Below are positions 30,434-40,363 of a stretch of 64,000 nucleotides of DNA, one piece after another. The position numbers and the translations under genes were made by a program. The notes beneath the pieces were generated by a model. The model did not search any database and was not told where the DNA came from. It saw only the letters and a program-made list of their open reading frames with translations. The stretch comes from Candidatus Latescibacterota bacterium (lineage in GTDB: Bacteria; Latescibacterota; UBA2968; GCA-2709665): assembly GCA_963667175.2 (NCBI GenBank), contig CAXXXF010000003.1, positions 224,001 to 288,000 on the forward strand. The letters are read 5' to 3'. Positions within the stretch are counted from its first letter, which is position 1, and each line of letters opens with the position of its first letter.

Positions 30434-30821
30434 GTGGGACGTTGAATGTATTCCGAATCCTGACTTGCTCTATTACCGCGTGAACAAAAAGAAATATCAT
30501 GAAATCTGGAAGTCGAAGAGGGTGAATAAAGGGCATAAATTTCCTGCCGGGTTGTTTAGCTTCGCGGGTAGTTATCTGTCTGTAGATTGGTCGAAGTATT
30601 CTACTCCCCGACAGTCGCAGAGTCGAGCGAGAATCCCCGATGACAACGGTATCGTTGAATTCAAAGTCGCAGATGTTCGTAGAGAACGTCACAAAGTGCG
30701 TCACGTTCCAACACGCGGCAATCGCGCTCATAGCGCGATCTGCGGAATACAGCCAAAGATTCGGATAACTTTGCAGCGCATTGCGCAATGGAGCGAAGGA
30801 TTTGTAATCGACCCAGACTGA
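30426..30821 (+). CDS. basic hypothetical protein, possible ART/RES-like fold
   Basis: 131 aa with a GGAGG RBS; LYYRV, YLSVDW and HVP..GNRAHSAI.G motifs. Confidence 0.55.
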   Translation: MRKWDVECIPNPDLLYYRVNKKKYHEIWKSKRVNKGHKFPAGLFSFAGSYLSVDWSKYSTPRQSQSRARIPDDNGIVEFKVADVRRERHKVRHVPTRGNRAHSAICGIQPKIRITLQRIAQWSEGFVIDPD

Positions 30822-31213
30822 GGAAGACCTGCATTTGAGATCTTTACCGACCGAATAAACTTGCCAAAGAAGCTTGATTTTCGTTAGACGTTTGATGCCT
30901 CACGCCTTGCATCCCATTATTGGCTGAGGCATTATTTGTATATGCCGTGCGTCCTTGATCGCAATGCAAAGAACAGATCGCTACATACCTGGTCTGTCAA
31001 TTGTGTCCGCCCATTTCCAGCGCGAAGTCTGTTGGTTTGCCCGGTTCAGTGCAATATTCGCTTCCGCCGTGCAGTGGGAATTGCCGGACTGTCGCGCCAA
31101 ATATTGACGATTCCGCGACCAAGCCTGCATTGATCAAACGAAACATCGCCAAACACTGCTGAAACCGGTTCGGTTCAACCGCTTTTCTAACCTCGATTTC
31201 GGAGAACTGCACA

Positions 31214-32155
31214 ATGAAATTCGCACTCGTCCTGAGTCCCCTCGATGAAGAACGGATGGCCCTCGCCCGCCAGATCGGCGTGACCGACCTGGTGACCACA
31301 CTTCCCAATGGCGGCCCGATCTGGGACTTTGACGCCATCGTGCATCACAAGCAGCGCATTGCCGACGCGGGTCTTACGTGGTCCGTGGTGGAGTCGGTCC
31401 CGATCTCAAACCGCATCACGCTGGGTCTGGACGGCCGGGACGAGGACGTCGACGCGTACTGTCAGACGATCCGCAACCTGGGCGCGGCCGGGATCGGCAT
31501 CATGTGCTGGAACTGGATGGCCGTGTTCAACTGGATGCGCACCTCCTTTACCACGCGCGGCCGGGGCGATGCGTTTGTGAGCAGCTACGACGATGCGCTG
31601 ATGCAGGACGCTCCGCATACGCAATACGGGGAAGTGAGCGAAGCGCGGCTTTGGGAAACCCTGGAGTACTTTCTGGAAAGGGTCATCCCCGTGGCAGAGG
31701 AGGCCGGCGTCAAACAGGCGCTGCATCCCGACGACCCGCCCCTGTCGCCCGTCCGCGGGATCGGCCGCATCATCACCAGCGTGGACGCGTTCCAGCGCGT
31801 CGTCGACATGGTACCCAGCGAATACAATGGCATTACCTTCTGCCAGGGCAACTTCGCCGCCATGGGCGCGGACGTGCCGGCCGCCATCCGCCGGTTTGCG
31901 GACAAGATCCACTTTTCACACTTCCGCGACGTCAGAGGCGCCGTGCCCAGTTTCGAAGAGACCTTCCACGACGAGGGCGACACGGACATGGCGGAGTGCA
32001 TCCGGGCGTACAGGGACGTCGGTTTCACCGGCCCCATCCGTCCCGACCACGTCCCGGTGCTGTCCGGCGAGGCAAACGACCCGCCCGGCTACACCCTGAT
32101 GGGCAGGCTCTATGCCATCGGCTATATGAAGGGCCTGTTGGACGGAACGGCCTGA
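31214..32155 (+). CDS. uxuA: mannonate dehydratase
   Basis: WSVVESVP, CWNWM.VFNWMRT, ALHPDDPP, NGITFCQG, IHFSHFR, RPDHVP and GRLYAIGYMKGL motifs. Confidence 0.92.
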   Translation: MKFALVLSPLDEERMALARQIGVTDLVTTLPNGGPIWDFDAIVHHKQRIADAGLTWSVVESVPISNRITLGLDGRDEDVDAYCQTIRNLGAAGIGIMCWNWMAVFNWMRTSFTTRGRGDAFVSSYDDALMQDAPHTQYGEVSEARLWETLEYFLERVIPVAEEAGVKQALHPDDPPLSPVRGIGRIITSVDAFQRVVDMVPSEYNGITFCQGNFAAMGADVPAAIRRFADKIHFSHFRDVRGAVPSFEETFHDEGDTDMAECIRAYRDVGFTGPIRPDHVPVLSGEANDPPGYTLMGRLYAIGYMKGLLDGTA

Positions 32156-32455
32156 GGCACTCGCCCTGACCTCTTTAGCTCAAAAACCGGAACTTATATG
32201 GATGGACAGGAGGAAAACCAAAGAGCACGAGAAATGCACGAGAAAACGAAGAAAACCAAAAAGCGCGACAAATGCGTGAGAGAACGAGTAAAGGCAATGC
32301 ACGAGGAAGCAAGCAACTGCAGGGTCACGGCGTTACGACACACGTCGTTCCGCAGCGGTACTTTTTGTGTCTTTTGTGCCTTTTGTGGCCGATTTAACGG
32401 TTGTCTCTTCTCGAATTAAGGTCAGACCCATCGACGGCGTTAAGGTCGGAAATCC

Positions 32456-33430
32456 ATGCGCGACATCAGAGTCGGCGCCGCCCAGTTCGAAGCGAAAGAC
32501 GCCGATAAGCCCTTCAATCTGTCCCGGATCGAGGCGCTCACGAGGCGGGCCGTCGACGAGGGCGCCGAAATCGTCTCCTTCCACGAATGCTGCATTCCCG
32601 GTTACACCTTTCTGCAGACCCTCTCACGCGCACGCATCGCCGAAGTGGCGGAACCCGTTCCGGGCGGCCCCTCCACGAGACGCCTGATCGAGATCGCAAG
32701 GGAGCACAACGTCTCCGTGCTGGCCGGCCTTGTGGAGACGGACAACGACGCCCTGTACAACACGTACGTCGCCGTGGGTCCCGACGGCTTCATCGCGAAA
32801 CACCGCAAACTGCACGCTTTCATCAGCCGGTTTATCGCGTCGGGCGATGCGTTCACTGTTTTCGACCTGTGCGACTGCCGTGCCGGCATTCTGATCTGTT
32901 ATGACAATAACCTGCCCGAGAACGTGCGGCTTACCGCCATGATGGGCGCGGAAATCGTGTTCATGCCGCACGTTACCTGCGGGCTCCCTTCCGCAATGCC
33001 CGGCCGGGGCGTCATCGATCGGGCCCTCTGGGAGAACCGCCACCGCGACCCGGTGTCCCTCCGCCAGGAGTTCGACGGGCCCAAGGGGCGGGGTTGGCTC
33101 ATGCGCTGGCTGCCGGCGCGCGCCTACGAAAACGGCGTATACGCCGTATACACCAACCCGATCGGGGTTGATCACGACACCGTCAAGAACGGCAATGCGA
33201 TGATTCTGGATCCGTTCGGCGAGATCGTGGTCGAGTCAGACGCGCTCGAGGACGACGTGGTGGTGGGATTGCTCACCCCCGAGAAGATACCGGTCTCCTC
33301 CGGGTACCGCTATCTGCGCGCCCGCCGCCCCGACCTCTACGGAAAGCTGGCGGAACCCCTTCCGCCCGGTATGCACGGAGGCACGAATCCGGGGTGGAAA
33401 CTGAAGGAACCCGATGACTCCCGGTCTTGA
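32456..33430 (+). CDS. nitrilase / carbon-nitrogen hydrolase family protein
   Basis: Glu-Lys-Cys triad contexts FHEC, HRKLH and LICYD; PARAYENG; ARRPDLY. Confidence 0.9.
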   Translation: MRDIRVGAAQFEAKDADKPFNLSRIEALTRRAVDEGAEIVSFHECCIPGYTFLQTLSRARIAEVAEPVPGGPSTRRLIEIAREHNVSVLAGLVETDNDALYNTYVAVGPDGFIAKHRKLHAFISRFIASGDAFTVFDLCDCRAGILICYDNNLPENVRLTAMMGAEIVFMPHVTCGLPSAMPGRGVIDRALWENRHRDPVSLRQEFDGPKGRGWLMRWLPARAYENGVYAVYTNPIGVDHDTVKNGNAMILDPFGEIVVESDALEDDVVVGLLTPEKIPVSSGYRYLRARRPDLYGKLAEPLPPGMHGGTNPGWKLKEPDDSRS

Positions 33431-33681
33431 TACCTCAAAAAAAAGACTTACATGGATGGACAGGATAGACAGGATAAGGACGAAATGAAAAAACCGGAAA
33501 ATTTGAACAATTCATAAATATGAGCCTGTTCGATATGAATATCTCACCCTTGCGCAGTCAATTCAGAAACTGCAACCGACATGGATGGACGGGATAGAGG
33601 CGCGAGCGGGAAAAGTGCTCTCGATTCCGCGGGTCAGCGATAAATCTCACCGCATCGAGTTGTAGGGGCGTCCCTTGTGGG

Positions 33682-33777
33682 CCTGCCTGCGGCGCCTTTC
33701 TGCGTGCCTGCCTGCGCCGAGACCTGCTCGGCAGGCAGGCGTACACGAACAGGCAGGCAGTGCGCTGCGCAGGCAGG
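33682..33777. mobile_element. three nested 30/33-bp CCTG...CAGG palindromic micro-elements inside a GTAGGGGCG REP-like sequence
   Basis: Outer 33 bp (33682-33694 + 33758-33777), middle 30 bp (33695-33706 + 33740-33757), inner 33 bp (33707-33739). Confidence 0.75.
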
Positions 33778-33818
33778 CGACCGGCCTCTCTGGCGTTGGG
33801 ATCCACGGAAAGGAAAAG

Positions 33819-35798
33819 ATGGCGCAGCATTCGGCAGTTCAGACAGCGTCCGAGACGCACGCCGCGCCGCAAACCGACGCGGTGACGCTTCGCGCCGTCG
33901 CCATCGGCCTGCTGCTGGTGCTTGTCGTCAATTTCTGGATTTCAACCACCGAGTACGTCATCCACGCCTCGCGGATGCAACTCTCCTTCTTCCCCCTCGC
34001 CCTCTTCGCCGCGTTCCTCCTGCTGGTCATCGTCAACGGTTGCATTCGCCGTCTCCGGCCGGACAGCGCCCTCCAATCGTCCGAGTTGCTCGCCATTCTG
34101 GCAATGGGATTCGTCGGCGCCGTGGTGCCCACCTCGGGCATCACGGGCTTTCTCCTGGGCATTCTTTCCGGCGTCTACTATTTCGCCACCCCGGAGAACC
34201 AGTGGGCCAACTACCTGCATCCCAATATGCCCGGATGGGCCGTACCCTCAAACGAAAACCACGCGATGACATGGTTTTACGAGGGTCTGCCCGAGGGGCA
34301 GCAGGCGCCGTACCACGCCTGGACCGCGCCGCTCATCAGCTGGATCTTCTTTCTGTTCGCCCTCTGCACGCTCCTGTTCTGCATTTCGGTCATCCTCCGC
34401 AGGCAGTGGGTGCGGAATGAGCGCCTGGTCTTTCCGCTCGCCTCGGTGGGGGCCACGCTGACGCGTGCGTCGCGCGGCGGTTTCCTGCCCGACGCCCTGC
34501 GCGGAGGCCTCTTCTGGGGCGGCTTCGGCGTGGGATTCGGCGCCATTTCCTGGAATATCCTCAACTATTTCTGGCCGGTCGTGCCCAAAATCCCTTTGCA
34601 GGGCAAATGGGTCGTCTTTGCGAAGGGCTTTCCGCGCGTCAATACCCGCATCAACTTTCTGACAGCAGGATTCGCGTACTTCGCCAACCTGAACATCCTG
34701 TTCTCGATCTGGGTTTTCTTCGTGCTCTTCTTCTGGTTCGAAAACGGCATCATCAACCGCATCGGATACGTCATCCCGCGCAAGCCGCTCAACTTCTCCG
34801 CCGAAACCGAAGTCACGGCCTGGCAGGGGTTCGGCGCGCTGACGGCGCTCGTGCTGTGGAACCTCTGGACCGCCCGCGCCCATATCAGGGCCGTCTTCGC
34901 CCGGGCATTCGGAAGAGGCGATGCTGACGATGCCGGCGAAATGCTCTCCTACCGGTTCGCCGTGTTCGGACTCATCGGCAGCCTCGTCTTCATCTGCGCC
35001 TTCTTCTCCCAACTGGGCATGCAGGGCAAGCTCGTCGCACTGCTCGTGCCCGCCCTGATCGTCAACTACCTCTCTATCGCCCGAATCGTCTGCGAGACCG
35101 GTCTGGCCTATATGCGTACCACGTTGACCGAACAGTACGCCGCACTGTATACGATCGGCACCACAGCGCTTGCGCCCGCGAGCATGTCCGGCATCAGCCT
35201 CACGTACAGCCTTGTCTGCCAGGGCAAGGGTACCTTTATGTCGCCCTTCATGCACGCGGCGCGACTCGCGGATCTGATCCGCCGCAACCGGCGACGCCTT
35301 GTGCCCGCTCTGGCACTGGTCGTCGTCGTGGGTCTCGCGGCGGACTTCGCCCTCACCATCTTCCTCGGTTATCGGACCGGCGCGTTCAACTTCAACGCAT
35401 GGCCCTTCTCCAGCGCAGGCCGCTTCGCCTACGACCTGACGGTGACCCAGATGCGGAGTCCGTTCGATACCAGCTGGGAGCGCCTGGCGGTCTTCTGCGT
35501 GGGCGCCTCCGCAATGTCTCTGCTGACCTTTCTGCACTACCGTCTGCCGTGGTGGCCCTTTCACCCCATCGCGTTTCCGATTGCCTTTTCCTGGAACACC
35601 CAGCTCACGTTCTTCTCGATCTTTGTCGTCTGGGCGATCAAGGCCATTCTGCTCAAGGTAGGCGGCGTCAACCTGTACCGGAAGTGGCAACCCGCCTTTC
35701 TGGGTCTGCTGGCCGGATATGTTCTGGCGATCACATTGTCCTTCGTCGTCGACGCGATCTGGTTTCCCGGCCAGGGACACGGCGTGCACAACTATTAG
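33819..35798 (+). CDS. DUF6785/DUF6784-like membrane protein, paralog 3
   Basis: AAGGA RBS before ATG 33819; YYFATPENQW, ILRRQWVRNERLVFPL and WWPFHPI motifs; C-terminus WFPGQGHGVHNY. Confidence 0.78.
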   Translation: MAQHSAVQTASETHAAPQTDAVTLRAVAIGLLLVLVVNFWISTTEYVIHASRMQLSFFPLALFAAFLLLVIVNGCIRRLRPDSALQSSELLAILAMGFVGAVVPTSGITGFLLGILSGVYYFATPENQWANYLHPNMPGWAVPSNENHAMTWFYEGLPEGQQAPYHAWTAPLISWIFFLFALCTLLFCISVILRRQWVRNERLVFPLASVGATLTRASRGGFLPDALRGGLFWGGFGVGFGAISWNILNYFWPVVPKIPLQGKWVVFAKGFPRVNTRINFLTAGFAYFANLNILFSIWVFFVLFFWFENGIINRIGYVIPRKPLNFSAETEVTAWQGFGALTALVLWNLWTARAHIRAVFARAFGRGDADDAGEMLSYRFAVFGLIGSLVFICAFFSQLGMQGKLVALLVPALIVNYLSIARIVCETGLAYMRTTLTEQYAALYTIGTTALAPASMSGISLTYSLVCQGKGTFMSPFMHAARLADLIRRNRRRLVPALALVVVVGLAADFALTIFLGYRTGAFNFNAWPFSSAGRFAYDLTVTQMRSPFDTSWERLAVFCVGASAMSLLTFLHYRLPWWPFHPIAFPIAFSWNTQLTFFSIFVVWAIKAILLKVGGVNLYRKWQPAFLGLLAGYVLAITLSFVVDAIWFPGQGHGVHNY

Positions 35799-35966
35799 CC
35801 ACTGAGAGTCAACAACAGGAACTCACATGGATGGACAGGATGAAAACCCAGAGACTGGAATACACTCATTTCGTGCGATAGCGTTGATTTCCTCCACCCA
35901 GGGCCGCAAATACACGGGGCCGACGAATGTCTCGTCGGCCCCTTTTTGTCACGGTTACGGCTACCG

Positions 35967-38012
35967 TCACGGCATCACCCGGAACACCGCGGAACTCGTC
36001 GCCCGGCTCTTTGCCCGCAAGTCCTCCACGACCACCCTGAAGGCCCAGGGACCGGGCTTCGACCCTTCCATGTCCAGGGTGAGATAGTGCGGCTGCCAGT
36101 CCCGGGTCTCGTCGTACAAGTTGGTCACGGCCGTGGTCCACTCCGGAATCGCGTCGTCGTCTTCCTTCCACTTCTCCGGCAGCAGGCGGGTCTGGTACGT
36201 GATCCGGTACCTTGTGGCGCCGAACTCATTCCGCTTCAGATTGTAAACCTCGAAATAGAACGACATGCTTGCGTCCCGCTGGCACTGCTTCAAAGGATTG
36301 GGCAACACCATAAATCGGTCCCGGCCGAACGGCCGGTCGTCGTGTTCGACGACCCGCTGAGCCAGCAGCAGATCGCTGATCTGCAGTCTGTCTCTGCCGA
36401 ATCCGCTGATCTCAAGCGACTCGCGAAAGGTCCCGAGGCTGTGCCGGCTGAGATCCTCCGTCTCGACCGACAGGTGGTACGTCCCCGGATCCATCGACAG
36501 ACGCTCGCCCCAGAAGAGGTATCCGTCCCGAACGGCGTTGCCTTCGATCCACGGCATTCTGTGAATGGGCGAGATGGTCTTTCGGACTTCCTTCCACCCC
36601 GCGTCAAACAGAAACAGGCCCTGCTTGAGATCCACTGCCTGTATACCGGAACTGACCTCCCGGTGCGCCACGTGTTCGCCGGCAAGCGCATAGTACAGCT
36701 CCACGCGGGTTTTGCCGTTCTCTCCCCGGAACTGCGCGATCTCGAACGGCGCATCGTACCGCTTCAGCCAGTACGGGTCGCTGTAGTACTCGGGGATCCG
36801 CGCCAACAGGTCCTTGAACTTGCTTCTGACCGAACCGCGGATGGCGACCTGCAGCACCTCCCAGTTTCGTTCCCCAAGGCGCTCGAACGTCACGCTGAAA
36901 CCGGGATAGCTCCACGTCTCGCGGAGCAGCACGTAATTCATCCGGTCCAGGTAGATGTTTCGCGCGTCGGGATGCCCGTATCGAATGTACACCTGGCCGC
37001 GGTCCGTCTCCCATCCCTCGACGCCCCGGTCCGGATCGGCGAACCTGAGATTGGCGTAGGCCACCCGCCTGCAGTGTTCCAGCATCCGCTCGTTCCCGGG
37101 AGTCAGAAACAACGGATCCCGTCCCGTCCAGAACCGCCGCAGCGTTTCCTCGTCCGGCAGCTCGCCGCCGTCTTTCAACGCTTCCCGGTCCGTCAACACC
37201 ACCACGGACCGGATGAACTGCTGTTCCAGCGGCGACATCAGGTCCAGACCTTCCGAATAGAGGGCGAAGGCTTTGTCCAGGTTCTCCCGATTCTGGTATC
37301 CCAGCCCCGTGAAGAAGTACGCGTCCCAGTCTTCCGGGTGGCGTTGAGCGTATTGTTCGAACAGCTCCACGAGTCGATCGGCCATGTGTCCTTCCAGGTA
37401 GACCTGGCCCAGCAGAATCCGCGCGGGACGATGTTCCGGATCCACCTCCAGCACACGGGTCAGATAGCCGATCGCCTGCTCCCGCATCCCCCTGCCGTAA
37501 TTCCCGTAGTGGAACCTTCGCTTGCGTTCCGGTCCCGACTTCAGGGTTTCCCGTTCCAGATTGTACATCATTTCCCGGGCCGCGTATCTGCCGGCCTGAT
37601 AGAGGGCGTCGGCGTCGTTCGGCGACAGCGCGATCGCCCGCCGGATATGCGCGTAGAACTCCTTACGGGACCCCGCCTGCCAGTAGATTTCCGCGTACGT
37701 CTTCACGTAAGCCGCGTTCTCCGGCTCCCGCTTCATCGCCCGTTGCGCCCACTGCCGGGCGAACCGCCTGGACAACACGGAGCCGCGACGCAGATAGTGT
37801 CTGGCCAGGGCGTGCATCGCCCGTCCGGACGGATCGTATCGAACCGCCCGCTCCATCAGCGATACGCGCTTCATGTGCGACAGAGAGGTATCCGCCGCGG
37901 AGGCAAGAAGGGCCGCCACTTTATACGCGTCCCTTTTGGCGGCCGGCAACGGCGCGGCGAAGCAAAGGATGGTCGGGATCAACAGCGCAAAACGCAACAT
38001 GACGCAGCCCAC
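35967..38012 (-). CDS. GWxTD-domain protein with TPR-like repeats and signal peptide
   Basis: RVAYANLRF....GWETDRGQVYIRYGHP; TPR-like helices; hydrophobic N-terminus (alternative ATG at 38000). Confidence 0.8.
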   Translation of the reverse strand: MGCVMLRFALLIPTILCFAAPLPAAKRDAYKVAALLASAADTSLSHMKRVSLMERAVRYDPSGRAMHALARHYLRRGSVLSRRFARQWAQRAMKREPENAAYVKTYAEIYWQAGSRKEFYAHIRRAIALSPNDADALYQAGRYAAREMMYNLERETLKSGPERKRRFHYGNYGRGMREQAIGYLTRVLEVDPEHRPARILLGQVYLEGHMADRLVELFEQYAQRHPEDWDAYFFTGLGYQNRENLDKAFALYSEGLDLMSPLEQQFIRSVVVLTDREALKDGGELPDEETLRRFWTGRDPLFLTPGNERMLEHCRRVAYANLRFADPDRGVEGWETDRGQVYIRYGHPDARNIYLDRMNYVLLRETWSYPGFSVTFERLGERNWEVLQVAIRGSVRSKFKDLLARIPEYYSDPYWLKRYDAPFEIAQFRGENGKTRVELYYALAGEHVAHREVSSGIQAVDLKQGLFLFDAGWKEVRKTISPIHRMPWIEGNAVRDGYLFWGERLSMDPGTYHLSVETEDLSRHSLGTFRESLEISGFGRDRLQISDLLLAQRVVEHDDRPFGRDRFMVLPNPLKQCQRDASMSFYFEVYNLKRNEFGATRYRITYQTRLLPEKWKEDDDAIPEWTTAVTNLYDETRDWQPHYLTLDMEGSKPGPWAFRVVVEDLRAKSRATSSAVFRVMP

Positions 38013-38177
38013 GTGAATCGGCGGAGACGGAAGAACGGCGACCGGCGGGATGAAGGCGCGCGCCGCATCCGCTTACGGTACGTATCCCGTGTACCTTTTG
38101 TAGACCCTGAAATGGAACGAAAGGTTCCGCTGGCTTGAGTACCGACGCTTCGACCGGAGGGGCCGGCCGCGCGCCGG

Positions 38178-40298
38178 CTACCATCGCACGCGAAAACGGG
38201 TCATGGATTCGGCCTCGGCGTCCGCCAGCAGGTCCTCGACGATCACCCGGAAGGCGCGCAATCCCGGCGCGGTATCGGCCATATCCACCCGCAGATACCG
38301 GGGTTCCCAGTCCCGAACGCCCCGGTACGTATAAGAAACCGCCGTGGTCCACTCCGGCCGCGGGTCATCCAGCCGGCTCCTCTCGGGGATCACCTGGGTC
38401 TGATAGCCAATCCTGTAGTGCGTGGCGCCGAAGGGATCGCGCGCCAGGTTGTACACCTCAAAATAAAACCACGCGCTTCCGTCGCGCGAGCACTCCCGCA
38501 GCGGGTTGGGCAGCACCATGAAACGGGCGCGGACCATCGGCCACTCGTCCCGCTCCACGATGCGCCGCGCCATCAGCAGGCTGCTGATTTCCAGCGAATC
38601 GGCGGTGAACCGCCTGACCCGCAACCGGTCCCGGAACGTGCCCACTTTCCTCGTCGCCTGGTCCTCCGCCTCTCCCGCCAGGTGATAGTCTCCGGGCGCC
38701 AGCGTCAGCTGCTCGCTCGCGAGAAGGTATCCCCTTCTGGTCGAGACGTAGTGTATCCAGGGCATCCGGCGCACGCGCCCAACCTCCCGCCGCAGCGTAT
38801 CCCACGCCGCGTCGAACAGGAACATCGCCTGCAGCACGTCCACCGCGCGGACCCCGGGGTTGACCTCTTCATGCGCGACCTGGTCGCCCGGAAGCGCGTA
38901 GTATACCTCCACGCCGGTCTTCCCGCCGTCTCGCCGGAACTGAGCAATCTGATGCGGAACGCCGTACTGATACGGGTAGCGGTAGTGGTCCGGGACCGCC
39001 TCGACAAGCTCGCTGAAATTGAGCGTCCGCCCGCCCAGCTTCGACTTGCCGAATCGCCACGAATCCCAGGAATTGGTGTTCAGGAACGACACCTCGAATC
39101 CCTCGTACGTCCACGTATCCTTTCGAGGATGGAATTCGAAGATCCCGCCTGACGGGCGCCATTGCCGCCTCCTCATCTCCGCTTCCTCTTCCAGGGTCTT
39201 TGTCAGGCCAAGATCGATGTCCGCGGGCGTCATGTGCCGCGCGACGGGGTCGCCGTACCGGATGTACGCCTGCCCCCGGGCCGTTTCCCATCCCGCGTAC
39301 CCGTTGATCGGGTCGCCGAACCGCAGGTTGGCGAAGGCCACCCGCCGGCATTGCTCCAGCATCCGTTCGTTGACCTCGCTGAGATACAGCGGATCCTTCC
39401 CGAACCAGAATTTCCGGATCTCCTCCTCGTCCGGCGGCGGCTCGTCGTTCTTCCAGGATTTCCTGTCCCGCATCAGAAAGACCGACTGCATGAACCGGCG
39501 CTGCCGGTCGGACAACTGCGCCAGCCCGTCCACGTAGGCGCGGTAGGCCGCTTCCGGGTCACCCTTCGCCTGGTGGCCGAGCCCCTTGAAGAAATAGGCG
39601 TCCGCGCGGCCCGGATTGCGTTCGATATCGTCCTTGAACAGGGAGATCAGCGCATCCGGCATGCGCGCCAGATAGTATGCCAGCCCAAGGTGCGCGCGGG
39701 ACGGCCAGTGGTCCGGATCCAGCCACAGGGCGCGGCTCAGATAGTCGATCCCGACGTCCACGTCCACGTCCGCGTACCCGCGCTGCGCGAACGTGCGCCC
39801 CGCGGTCACGTCTCCGTCGCCTGCCACACGAGTCTCGTCGCCCGCCGCCTCCCGCGTGAAGAACGTCATTTCCCACGACCAGACCACGAACCGTCCCGCC
39901 CAATAGTGCGCGCGCACGTTCTCGGGGTCCAGCGCGATGGCCTCCCGCGCCCTCTTGTACGAGCCGGACCGGGGGCCGGTGCGCCAGAGCAGTTCCGCGA
40001 AGGTCGCCACGTATTCCGAGTTATCGGGTTCGCGCCCCAGCGCCCGCTTCAAGAGCGACCGCGCCTGCTGGCGCGAAAACGTCGTGCCTTTCTCCAGCCG
40101 CAACCGCGCGAGCGCATGCAGGGCTCTTCCCGTCCGGTCGAGTTCGATCGCGTCCTTCAGCAGGTCCCGGCGTCTGTCCATCTCCAGCGAGGTGTCCGTG
40201 GATGCCTGAACGAGCGAATCCACCGTCGCCGGGTCCCCCTGCGCGGCCTGCGCGAGGACCGTTAGCGACAACAGGCAAACGAACGTGGTTCGAATCAT
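38178..40298 (-). CDS. GWxTD-domain protein paralog with TPR-like repeats and signal peptide
   Basis: Start MIRTTFVCLLSLTVLAQAAQG at 40298; RVAFANLRF....GWETARGQAYIRYGDP; colinear with the adjacent paralog. Confidence 0.8.
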   Translation of the reverse strand: MIRTTFVCLLSLTVLAQAAQGDPATVDSLVQASTDTSLEMDRRRDLLKDAIELDRTGRALHALARLRLEKGTTFSRQQARSLLKRALGREPDNSEYVATFAELLWRTGPRSGSYKRAREAIALDPENVRAHYWAGRFVVWSWEMTFFTREAAGDETRVAGDGDVTAGRTFAQRGYADVDVDVGIDYLSRALWLDPDHWPSRAHLGLAYYLARMPDALISLFKDDIERNPGRADAYFFKGLGHQAKGDPEAAYRAYVDGLAQLSDRQRRFMQSVFLMRDRKSWKNDEPPPDEEEIRKFWFGKDPLYLSEVNERMLEQCRRVAFANLRFGDPINGYAGWETARGQAYIRYGDPVARHMTPADIDLGLTKTLEEEAEMRRRQWRPSGGIFEFHPRKDTWTYEGFEVSFLNTNSWDSWRFGKSKLGGRTLNFSELVEAVPDHYRYPYQYGVPHQIAQFRRDGGKTGVEVYYALPGDQVAHEEVNPGVRAVDVLQAMFLFDAAWDTLRREVGRVRRMPWIHYVSTRRGYLLASEQLTLAPGDYHLAGEAEDQATRKVGTFRDRLRVRRFTADSLEISSLLMARRIVERDEWPMVRARFMVLPNPLRECSRDGSAWFYFEVYNLARDPFGATHYRIGYQTQVIPERSRLDDPRPEWTTAVSYTYRGVRDWEPRYLRVDMADTAPGLRAFRVIVEDLLADAEAESMTRFRVRW

Positions 40299-40363
40299 GC
40301 GCGTCTCCGAAATCCCGGCGGATTTCGATTCTCCCGGCATCGATTCATCCGATTCGTCGCCGG

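Noticed and set aside
33675-33818. N-terminal extension of the third DUF6785-like protein
   Set aside because: It is read-through of the 96-bp nested micro-elements. The RBS and paralog alignment favour ATG 33819.
35946-38138. 730-aa plus-strand ORF and other long antisense ORFs (e.g. 12664..14532, 34248..35789, 28116..29471)
   Set aside because: These are shadow frames opposite well-supported genes in high-GC DNA, with no motifs.
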